Part shown: positions 1-7,870 of the stretch, one piece after another | Layout: every line of letters starts with the position of its first letter | How positions within the stretch are numbered: position 1 is the first letter of the stretch | Source of the DNA: Octopus sinensis | Lineage: Eukaryota | Length of the DNA stretch: 11,005 nucleotides | Direction: 5' to 3' | Assembly (NCBI RefSeq): GCF_006345805.1 | Contig: NW_021827190.1 | Coordinates: 1-11,005 of the forward strand | Position numbers and translations under genes: made by a program | The notes under the pieces: model-generated | Databases searched by the model: none | Told to the model about the DNA's origin: nothing | What the model saw: the letters and a program-made list of their open reading frames with translations, nothing else

Positions 1-132
1 ACTCAAGATTAATCAGCCGAATTGCGAGGATGATCCGGTTCTTGACTGAAGATTAGAGGCTTCGAATGGCACGTCCGTGTTTTTTTTGTATCGGCTATTT
101 GAATGTTTTGCGTTCTTGCCCCATTTTGTATT

Positions 133-163
133 CATATATATTTATATATATATATATAATATA

Positions 164-198
<35 letters not shown>

Positions 199-204
199 AT
201 ATAT
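133..204. repeat. Interrupted (TA)n microsatellite
   Basis: Directly visible dinucleotide run; abuts the SINE at 203. Confidence 0.95.
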
Positions 205-356
205 ACAACGGGCTTCTTTCATTTTCCGTCTACTAAATCCACTCACAAGTTTTGGCCGGCCCGAAATTAGAGCAAAAGACACTTGCCGAAGGTGCACAGT
301 GGGACTGAACCCGGAACAATGTAGCTGGAAGTAAACTTATAACCACAAAGCCATAC
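203..356 (-). mobile_element. tRNA-derived SINE family A, 5' half (head plus core)
   Basis: Minus strand has A-box-like TGGCTTTGTGGTT (341-353) and B-box-like CCGGGTTCAGTCCC (301-314). It aligns by eye with 4670-4800 and 8715-8887. The 3' half is absent beyond the internal TA run. Confidence 0.85.
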
Positions 357-399
357 TGCACACATTTATACAATGTATATAATGTATATAATGTGTGTG

Positions 400-453
400 T
401 ATATTTATATATATATATATAATACACACACACACACACACACACATATTATA

Positions 454-492
<39 letters not shown>

Positions 493-516
493 TATGTATG
501 TATAGTATATATATAT
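400..516. repeat. Compound (TA)n/(CA)n microsatellite
   Basis: Directly visible. Confidence 0.95.
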
Positions 517-517
517 T

Positions 518-652
518 AGATAAAACTTACTTAAAAGTGGATGCGTGCGTTCTATCATATAATAACAAAATAATAAATAAAGCATATGCATATATGCATA
601 CATATATGTACGTACCTACATCTATATTTATATAACATGCATATGGGTACAG
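518..652 (+). repeat. ~135-bp direct repeat, copy 1 (period 794 bp with 1312-1451)
   Basis: AGATAAAACTTACTTA(A/G)AAGTGGATGCGTGCGTTC...CATATATGTACGTACCTACAT...ATATGGGTACAG occurs at both places with scattered substitutions and indels. Confidence 0.92.
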
Positions 653-1185
653 GAGATTAAAAAAACGTCGAAATCAATGAGAAACGAAAACATAACACAA
701 AACCAAGGAAATGGACATTTTTCTTAACCAACGAAAAAATAGAGTACAAGACATACAACACAAGGAGCATTCCTCTTTTTCAGTCGCCTCTGTTTCATCT
801 ACTCCGCGTTTCGATGGTAAAGGCGAGACACGACTTAGTTGAAACAATCCTTCCCGCAACAGCAAATTAAATAAAATTTGAGATTTTTTTGCGGAGAGTT
901 AAAGCTGGTAACAAAAACAGGACAGTAAAATCAATACAAAATATAAACAGTAAAAGACAGGACAAGGTGAATAACAGTAACACGAACATTAAGGGCTGTT
1001 AAGCCAGGATGAATGAAAAAATGTTTTGAACGCTTTGAAAACGGCGAGTGAGAGACAAGAAGCCGTCCACACTTGAAGGAAGCCGGGTCAGAAAGGCAGT
1101 AGTGGCCTTCTCGTCGCGTGTCAACGACGGGAGGGAGGAGGAGGAGTAAGAGAAAGGGGGAGAAAAAAGTGGAGGGTTGTAGAGA

Positions 1186-1284
1186 AAACCAGAAAGAATG
1201 ACGAATGAGAGAGGGAAGGACAGCAAGGTAGAAGAAAAAGAAACCAGAAAGAATGAAGGATGAGAGAGAGAGGGACAGAAAGGT
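1186..1284 (+). repeat. 44-bp purine-rich direct duplication (1186-1229 / 1241-1284)
   Basis: AAACCAGAAAGAATGA(C/A)G(A/G)ATGAGAGAG...GGACAG(C/A)AAGGT occurs twice, period 55. Confidence 0.85.
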
Positions 1285-1311
1285 TAAGAGTGCGCATCAT
1301 TATTAATAATA

Positions 1312-1451
1312 AGATAAAACTTACTTAGAAGTGGATGCGTGCGTTCCGTCATATAATAAATTAATAAATAAAATAAAACATATGCATATATACATACATA
1401 TATGTACGTACCTACATTTATATGTATATATACATGCATATATGGGTACAG
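1312..1451 (+). repeat. ~135-bp direct repeat, copy 2 (interrupted at its end by SINE B)
   Basis: See copy 1; ends at the left TSD of the SINE at 1452. Confidence 0.92.
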
Positions 1452-1839
1452 TGGAGGCGCAATGGCCCAGTAATTAGGGCAGCGGACTCGCGGTCGCAGG
1501 ATCGCGGTTTCGATTCCCCAGACCGGGCGTTGTGAGTGTTTATTGAGCGAAAACACCTAACCGCTGCACGAGGCTCCGGCAGAGGATGGTGGTGATCCCT
1601 GCTGTACTCTTTCACCACAACATCTCTCACTCTTACTTCCTGTTTCTATTGTACCTGTATTTCAAGGGGCCGGCCTTGTCACTCTATGTGTCACGCTGAA
1701 TATCCTCGAGAACTACGTTAAGGGTGCACGTGTCTGTGGAGTACTCAGCCACTACACGTTAATTTCACGAGCAGGCTGTTCCGTTGCTTCGGATCAACCG
1801 GAACCCTCATCGTCGTAACCGACGGAGTGCTTCCACCAC
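1452..1839 (+). mobile_element. Full-length tRNA-derived SINE family B (octopus OR/OK-type; exact family not assigned)
   Basis: tRNA-like head with A box TGGCCCAGTAA (1463-1473) and B box GGTTTCGATTCCC (1506-1518). 3' hairpin CGTCG-TAAC-CGACG (1811-1824) and CCACCAC tail. Perfect 12-bp TSD ATATGGGTACAG at 1440-1451 and 1840-1851. Confidence 0.92.
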
Positions 1840-1854
1840 ATATGGGTACAGGAC

Positions 1855-1858
<4 letters not shown>

Positions 1859-1941
<83 letters not shown>

Positions 1942-2088
1942 ATAATATATATAGATATATGCATATATATATACATATATATTTATACATATTACATAGA
2001 TATACATATATAATATACATAGAAACATATGTACATATAGATAGATATATAAACGCATATACATACATAAATGCATATATGCATACAC

Positions 2089-2158
<70 letters not shown>

Positions 2159-2184
2159 CATATATATATAATTATATATATATA
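1859..2184. repeat. Long degenerate (TA)n / (TACA)-like microsatellite
   Basis: Directly visible; source of the spurious YI-repeat ORFs. Confidence 0.95.
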
Positions 2185-2274
2185 ATAATAAATATTAGGG
2201 AATAAATCCAAACTTACAGGGAAAAATCAGATTTAGGATTGAATCCAATTTCATAGTAAAATATTATATTATAT

Positions 2275-2276
<2 letters not shown>

Positions 2277-2315
<39 letters not shown>
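2277..2315. repeat. (TA)n microsatellite
   Basis: Directly visible. Confidence 0.95.
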
Positions 2316-2317
<2 letters not shown>

Positions 2318-2402
2318 TCTTTCATTCTTTTACTTGCTTCAGTCATTTGGCTGCAGCCATGCTGGAGCACCGCTTGTAGTCGAACACGTAGACCTCAGGA
2401 GA
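2316..2402 (-). mobile_element. SINE family A 3' tail fragment (5'-truncated)
   Basis: TTCTTTTACTTGCTTCAGTCATTTGGCTGCAGCCATGCTGGAGCACCGC matches the tail of the copy at 4448-4500. Confidence 0.85.
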
Positions 2403-2578
2403 CTTTAAAATGTAATATATCCAAACCTTGTTTTGGATATGTCCTTATTAGTGGGCCTTGAGAGTAAGTTCACCGCACACCAAACCTCATCCGAAGTATT
2501 GCACTTTAGGACCTACGAAAGGAATTCTTCGCTGCACATTCAGTATATTTTAAATAATTGATAGGGAAACATAATATA

Positions 2579-2896
2579 CTGTAAGCTTTATTGAAGATGA
2601 CAGTCGGTTCGGTTTACATCTGCACTGCTCCCTAGTGAGTGGAGGACGATATAATGGTATCGAATGCCTCCCACAGTGCAGAAGGAACTTTATTAGGTTA
2701 CATATTAAGTTACAGTTTTATAATATGTACGTTTCGCTGGTGTGTAATGCAGAGTGATGTTATGATGCGTGTGTTTATAACAGTTCCCAGATCCATTGAC
2801 CGTAGGGTGCATTCGATCCTATTATATCGTCCCCACCCACTAGAGACCAATGCAGATGTAAACTGAAACGACCGTTGTGCTAAATAAAGCGTACAG
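2579..2896. mobile_element. MITE / fold-back element, TA TSD, ~100-bp TIRs (Tc1/mariner-pogo type)
   Basis: TA|CTGTAAGCTTTATT...GTTTACATCTGCA...CTAGTG...GGACGATATAAT...ATCGAATGC (2579-~2677) is the inverted repeat of 2799-2896, ending ...AATAAAGCGTACAG|TA. TA at 2577-2578 and 2897-2898. Confidence 0.88.
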
Positions 2897-2943
2897 TACA
2901 ATCCGTATTCTTTATCGATTATTATATAAATATAATCACATCA

Positions 2944-3000
2944 TATTATATATACATACATATATATATATATATACACATATATTTATACATACATATT

Positions 3001-3039
<39 letters not shown>

Positions 3040-3041
3040 TA
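2944..3041. repeat. Degenerate (TA)n/(TACA) microsatellite
   Basis: Directly visible. Confidence 0.9.
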
Positions 3042-3044
3042 CAT

Positions 3045-3580
3045 GGTGGCTGCCCCTCGTTATCGAGTATGGCCATCGCACGAAGCTTAATCAATGTTGT
3101 TATCGTGCAATGCCTGTGCAAGAAGATTTTTTTTTTAAAGTGAGGAAAGGCTGTGCACTGAGTCAATCCCACTCACTAAGCAACAGCAGCCATAATCCGA
3201 AAAGAAGACAAGTCAACATCATCGGTAACACTGAGCCGCAGGTTTTATGTCGGAGTTATCCCAGTTACCTGAGTTACCTTCTCCTAGAAGGATGCCCTAA
3301 CAAAGGCTAGGAGTCCTTCACTCCAATGGCTTAACCGCGCAATCGGGTATTCAGTCCCCGCGCATGATACAGCCTTAAGACATTTATTGGATGGCCGTGG
3401 ACTCTCAAGAGTTCCACCGCCCTTTGAGGGTTTTGTTTTTCATCGCGTAGGGTGTCCAATAAACACACCTCCTTACCAAGCAAGCTTGGTGGGTGTTGCC
3501 GGTTTAGTCGCCGACGACCCGACCATGCAACAGGTTGTACTGGTTTACATGTTACCCGTAGCACTCGAAAGTGACCTGAC
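3045..3580 (-). mobile_element. Non-autonomous RTE-like retroelement (5'UTR-like body fused to an RTE-type 3' end)
   Basis: Higher-GC island between two TA runs. Minus strand contains CTAGGAGAAGGTAACTC...ACATAAAACC, recalled as typical of RTE 5'UTRs. It ends in GATGGCCATACTCG-ATAA-CGAGGGGCAGCCACC, an RTE-type terminal hairpin. Possible imperfect 8-bp TSD ATAT(A/G)CAT (3037-3044 / 3581-3588), weak because low-complexity. No RT coding motifs seen. Confidence 0.55.
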
Positions 3581-3584
3581 ATAT

Positions 3585-3592
3585 GCATATAA

Positions 3593-3628
<36 letters not shown>

Positions 3629-3696
3629 TATATATATACATGCACACACACACATACACACACACACACACACACACCACACACATATATATATAT

Positions 3697-3744
<48 letters not shown>
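3585..3744. repeat. Compound (TA)n(CA)n(TA)n microsatellite
   Basis: Directly visible. Confidence 0.95.
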
Positions 3745-3746
<2 letters not shown>

Positions 3747-4447
3747 CATATCAAAAGGAACACAAAATACGTTTAGTATTAACGCTTCATACAGTGTATA
3801 CATGTTCCATAAGACCGGCAACACATCGATCACCAAAACATAGAACTCAGTTATGAGGAGAAATGTCGCCGGACCCATTCATCGACGTTGTTCGGCAAAA
3901 ATACAACAGAAAAGTGGAGATCTTTATATACAGCAGTATGTAAATAAGAACAGTTAGTTTATCACAGGAAAATGGAACAGAAGGAGAAAAAAGTTGGAGT
4001 ATGAGATCTTCCGACCAGAATCAGCTAAGCATCGGGATGGACAAATGATATGTTGGAATTCTCCTTCTAGAATATATCTACACCTTATAAACAAGAATTT
4101 TTCGGGCTGATGCTGTAGGAGACTAGTGCCTTAATATATCGGTAAGAAGGATGGCATTCCATGACAAAAAAAAAGATGCAGTCCACTCTGATGGCCCGTC
4201 GTGATCAGAGATGCACGATTTGCTTGCATATAGGAACCCACCACACAACCAACTTCAGGACTACTTCGAGCGGGAATTGATGGATTAATTTAACGGCTGG
4301 ACTAAGCTTAAAAGCTCTAAAACCGGTTCCAACAGAATATCCTAATGTTTATGCAAATGTGACAAAATCGGATGAATTGGGTTTTCGGACAAGACTGAGA
4401 AAATGTACAAGGCGCATTCCAGAAGTTTTGAGACTTTTCCAGGATAC

Positions 4448-5669
4448 TCTTTTACTTGTTTCAGTCAGTTCACTGCGGCCATGCTGGAGCACCGCCTTTG
4501 GTCGAGCAAATCGACCCCAGGACTTATTCTTTGTAAGCCTAGTACTTATTCTATCGGTCTCTTTTGCCGAACCGCTAAGTTACGGGGACGTAAACACACC
4601 AGCATCGGTTGTCAAGCGATGTTGGGGGACAAACACACAAACACACACATATATATATATACACATATACGACAGGTTTCTTTCAGTTTCCGTCTACCAA
4701 ATCCACTCAGAAGGCTTTGGTTGGCCCGGGGCTACAGTAGAAGGAACTTGCCCAAGGTGCCATGCAGTGGGACTGAACGCGGAGCCATGTAGTTCGTAAG
4801 CAAGCTACTTTATTTCATAAAATTTATCATCATAGACAGTACAAAGAGTGTGTAGCTTTGCGGGCTGGACAAACACATTAATGAATGAAAATGAAATAGA
4901 ATGAATAAATGAGAGACGAAACCCAACACCCGCCGATTAGATTTTTCTCGAAAACATATTTTCATTTTTAAAAAAAATCAATATGAGGTTTGAAACCTCT
5001 TACAAGAAGGAGGCTCTAAAACCTTTTACTTAACACGGTGATGGAATTAAGAACTTTAGATTAAGTTCTAAACACCACCGTCTTCTCCTCCATATCTTTT
5101 AACCACTTCTTAGGCGGGTTAATTTCCCACTCTAAAACAGAGTTCTTTTTAAATTCCTTCTCTGCCATGTCAAAAAAACAGTTCAAAAGTAGTTCAAGAG
5201 ACAGTCTGCCAAAAAATTAAACCGAATAAAAAATAAAACAAAATAAAAGAGGAGGAAAGGTAACTGAAATTAAAGTAATGAAAAGAATGAACCAAAATTT
5301 AGAAAGAAAGAAAAAATAGAAGAAGGGAAAAGTAAAAGAAAAACCTCACAAATAGCACAGACAGGGAATCCTTTGTATAATACTCCAAAAAGGTAATCCA
5401 AATGGCTTATTCTTGAAGTACTCCAGTTCGGAAAAAATTGTACTTTTTCTGGCGAGATACGCCCACTAGAATTTACAAAAAGAATTTTCAAGCAAAAATT
5501 CTCAATTCACCGTTACGGTGATGAGAACCCAGTATTTTGCTCGCAATAACGAACCACGGAGCCCAGAAAAACTCACATCTTGTCACTGTAACAGTCCAGA
5601 CCAACTAGTGTTGCATTCTGGGTAACCGGAAGTAAGCAAGCTACTTACCACACATCCACTCTTACGCCT
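4448..5669 (-). mobile_element. Full-length SINE family A split in its head (pieces 4448-4810 and 5632-5669)
   Basis: Tail TCTTTTACTTGTTTCAGTC at 4448, internal (CA)/(TA) run, core and B-box-like GCGTTCAGTCCC. The missing A-box part (AGGCGTAAGAGTGGATGTGTGGTAAG on minus) reappears at 5632-5669. Confidence 0.85.
4811..5631 (-). mobile_element. 821-bp insert flanked by a 15-bp direct repeat; resembles a LINE 5'UTR plus decayed ORF1 start
   Basis: GTAAGCAAGCTACTT at 4796-4810 and 5632-5646. Minus strand starts TTCCGGTTACCCAGAATGCAAC (promoter-like), then a long T-rich UTR. ATG at 5168 gives MAEKEFKKNSVLEWEINPPKKWLKDMEEKTVVFRT*SKVLNSITVLSK with later stops. The ORF1 identity is a tentative recognition. 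Confidence 0.5.
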
Positions 5670-5700
5670 ATGTTTATTATTTTCAAAGAAGTACAAAACT

Positions 5701-6195
5701 TTAATCTTTTCTTACTTCAGATGCACTTCGAAGTCCTCCAAAGTGAAAGTTTCCATGGCAGGTTCCTTCACATTCTCCTTCAGCTTGGGGAACAACCAAA
5801 AATCACAAGATCAGGTTTGAGACTGTAAAGGTAGATGAAGGACAGTTTTGACGCCATTTCTGTCAAGTAGTTGGTTACCGGGATGGAATTGAAGACTGGT
5901 GCATTTTCCTGGTGCAGGTGCTATGATCTTTTGCTGCGAAATCTCTTCGTTCACTCCCTCAAAACTTCCATAAAGCACTCTATTGACCGTCTGCCCAGAG
6001 AAAACTCAGTGAATGTAGATGGTGCCCTTGCTGTCAAAAAAAAAAAGGAGATCATCATAAGCTTCCTCGGCTCATACAAACTAATATATATTCAGTCTGG
6101 AGCAATTCATAACTCTCTGTAACGTTTTTGCCCACTTTAACACAAAACTTTATGGCATAGTGATCTTACAAATTGTCTTCATGTCCCGACTGCAT
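5701..6195 (-). pseudogene. Mariner transposase pseudogene with large internal deletion
   Basis: N-term MQSGHEDNL*DHYAIKFCVKVGKNVTESYELLQTEYILVCMSR is joined at ~6065 directly to the catalytic region RKLMMISFF-DSKGTIYIH*VFSGQTVN...MEVLRE...HLHQENAPVFNSIPVTNYLTEM-VKTVLH...CDFWLFPKLK. These match the mariner HQDNAP and YSPDLAPCDFWLFPKLK motifs. Multiple stops and frameshifts. Confidence 0.92.
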
Positions 6196-6505
6196 TCTGC
6201 AAACTGCAAATAAGATTGCAAACTAGTCAGTTGTGGCAAGAAACGTTTAGTAGGGTGTGCTCAATGTACTGTAATAGCCAATATAGTAAGATTACAATAA
6301 CCTAGGGCAGTTATATCTACCTCTCCTAAAAAAAACTTCTGCAACATATCTCGTAGACTATGGATCCTTCCGTTTACGATGACTTGATTTATAGTGAATT
6401 ATATAACAACGAAAGGACCACATTCCCTACCCTTGCTTTCATAAATGATCACGCACTTTGGCTAATAAGGAAAAAGTTGTTTGACAAAACTGAGCCGTAC
6501 AATCC

Positions 6506-6835
6506 CGGACCATATCCCTGCTCACCTCTATCGAGGCAGAGATGGCTGTGTACAAGCATGAGCCGTCTGAGTCAGAGTGGCTGCTTCAGTGCATCTCGCT
6601 CACTGTCCTCTGGGGCAACGCCTTTTCCATTTTGTCTGCTGAGGCTATGAGAAATGTTGAACTATGTTAGAAGAAAGTCACATATAGTTACCTTCCCAAA
6701 TTCCGCCAAGCCTTAGCGATTCTACCAGTCAAGCGCCCTTGTCAGGTGTCTTATTTATTAACGCTACCAAGTAATCGTTCTCCATTCTCTCTAGTGTAGC
6801 CAATGTCACTGTAGATTATAATAAAATTTGTTTAT
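6506..6835 (+). mobile_element. 3' fragment of an RLE-type (CRE/NeSL/R2-group) non-LTR retrotransposon
   Basis: Frame not shown in the ORF track, 6506-6670: RTISLLTSIEAEMAVYKHEPSESEWLLQCISLTVLWGNAFSILSAEAMRNVELC*. This resembles the conserved RLE-LINE C-terminus (FLFQRLSVAVQRGNAxxILG). A putative 3'UTR follows, running into an AT-rich tract; the 3' boundary is approximate. Confidence 0.68.
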
Positions 6836-6892
6836 ATATCTTTACATACGTGTGGTTATGAGTCGGTGTATGTTTATATAGTGTCTATTTCT

Positions 6893-7001
6893 CTATGTAT
6901 GTGTATGTGTGTGTGTGCGTGTGTGCACGGTGGAATTTATGTCCCTATATGTGTGTGTATGCATATGTGTATATATATATATTGATATGTATATGTATGT
7001 A

Positions 7002-7037
<36 letters not shown>

Positions 7038-7098
7038 TATTTATATAATTTTATATATATATATATCAATACATACATGTATTATATGTATATATATA
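6893..7098. repeat. Compound (TG)n/(TA)n/(TATG) microsatellite
   Basis: Directly visible. Confidence 0.95.
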
Positions 7099-7466
7099 AG
7101 AAAGTAAGAAAATGGAGATATAACATTTAAGAAAAATTTTATATCTGCAAAAATCAAATGCACTCCCTTATAGCTGTTTCAATTAAGCCTAAAAGATTAA
7201 ATAGTAATTATTGAAATCATTATATTAGGAAAAATATCTTCAAAGGGTTACAAAAAAGATATGTCGTTAGGATTTTAAGTGGTGTATTTTAAAATCAGCA
7301 CACCAGAGTTTTTCTGCCCCTCTGAAGAGATTTTGTCTAATATAATGATTTCAATAACTACTATTTAATCTTTTGGGATTAATTGAAACAGCTGTAAGGG
7401 ACCATGTTTGATTTTTGCAGATAATGAATTTTTATTAAATGCTATAACTCCATTTTCTTACTTTTT
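7099..7466. mobile_element. MITE / fold-back element, TA TSD, ~150-bp TIRs
   Basis: A(G/A)AAAGTAAGAAAATGGAG...ATCTGCAAAAATCAAA...CCCTTA(T/C)AGCTGTTTCAATTAA...AAAAGATTAAATAGTA(A/G)TTATTGAAATCATTATATTAG (7099-~7250) is a high-identity inverted repeat of ~7310-7466. TA at 7097-7098 and 7467-7468; spacer ~50-60 bp. Confidence 0.92.
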
Positions 7467-7611
7467 TAGAATGATTATAAACCATGATTTATATTATAAA
7501 CTTATTGTTTTATGAATATTATTATTCATAACAAATATTAGGTATTAAACTAGTAATTCGTTGAAGGATACTATCCTTTACTAAGGCTGATGTAACCCCT
7601 AATTGAATGGG

Positions 7612-7772
7612 TATACATATATATATATATATATAAATATATATATTATATATATATGCATGCATACTTACGTGTGTATATGCATGCATACATACAAACA
7701 TACATACATGCATACATACATACATACATACACACACACGTATGTTATATATATATATATTATATATATATA
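7612..7772. repeat. Compound (TA)n/(TACA)n/(CA)n microsatellite
   Basis: Directly visible. Confidence 0.95.
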
Positions 7773-7778
7773 CATTGA

Positions 7779-7870
7779 TTTTCTATGGTTGGATGTTCTT
7801 CCTTTAACCAATCCTCTCCTGTTTCCCAGCAAAGTAATATTTTCCTTTTCTCGTGATCTTGTTTTTACGC
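7779..7870 (-). mobile_element. Degenerate SINE/RTE-related fragment
   Basis: Minus strand GGATTGGTTAAAGGAAGAACATCCAACCATAGAAAA resembles the widespread invertebrate retroelement motif GGGTTGGCGNCAGGAAGGGCATCCAGCCGTAAAA (recalled). Boundaries are uncertain. Confidence 0.4.

Larger units (their letters stand above)
4408..6353 (-). mobile_element. Internally deleted mariner (DD34D-type) DNA transposon with both TIRs, interrupted by nested inserts (own sequence 4408-4447 and ~5670-6353)
   Basis: TA|CAAGGCGCATTCCAGAAGTTTT at 4406-4429 versus the reverse complement of 6332-6355, TA|CGAGATATGTTGCAGAAGTTTT: 15/22 matches, mismatches mostly transitions. TA at both ends, with transposase remnants between. 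Confidence 0.82.

Noticed and set aside
44-78. Hammerhead-like CTGAAGA...CGAAT...GTC
   Set aside because: GAAT instead of GAAA, no convincing stem II, and the bases after GTC do not pair with those before CTGA. At most a decayed remnant.
770-850. Minus-strand CGAAACGCGGAGTA half-hammerhead with a nearby TGTTTCA/TGAAACA stem and downstream CTGAAAA
   Set aside because: No CUGANGA core in register for type I, and stems I and II do not close for a type II arrangement.
1859-2184. Recurrent single-base interruptions (TAAT/ATTA) in TA runs as a higher-order pattern
   Set aside because: Irregular spacing; consistent with slippage or long-read consensus errors.
1745-2211. YIYIYI-rich ORFs here and at 77-445, 2877-3172, 3331-3878, 6893-7107, 7522-7992 and 10706-10894
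   Set aside because: Translations of (TA)n/(CA)n microsatellites, which lack stop codons by construction.
3490-3580. Possible HDV-like ribozyme at the 5' end of the RTE-like element (hairpin followed by CTAA-ACCGG)
   Set aside because: RTE 5'UTRs can carry these, but I could not build P1/P3 with the required CC in L3. A descriptor search on the family consensus would settle it.
3960-4110. Frame KWNRRRKKLEYEIFRPESAKHRDGQMICW, faintly like an RTE RT C-terminus
   Set aside because: Too few conserved residues and no supporting upstream motifs.
4359-4799. 146-aa and 129-aa ORFs
   Set aside because: They run across unique DNA, the mariner TIR and an antisense SINE; chimeric and non-coding.
6360-6650. 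96-aa ATG ORF, and a possible minus-strand exon with AG|GTGAGC donor near 6524
   Set aside because: No recognisable homology; all three minus frames of the putative exon contain stops. The region is better explained by the RLE-LINE frame.
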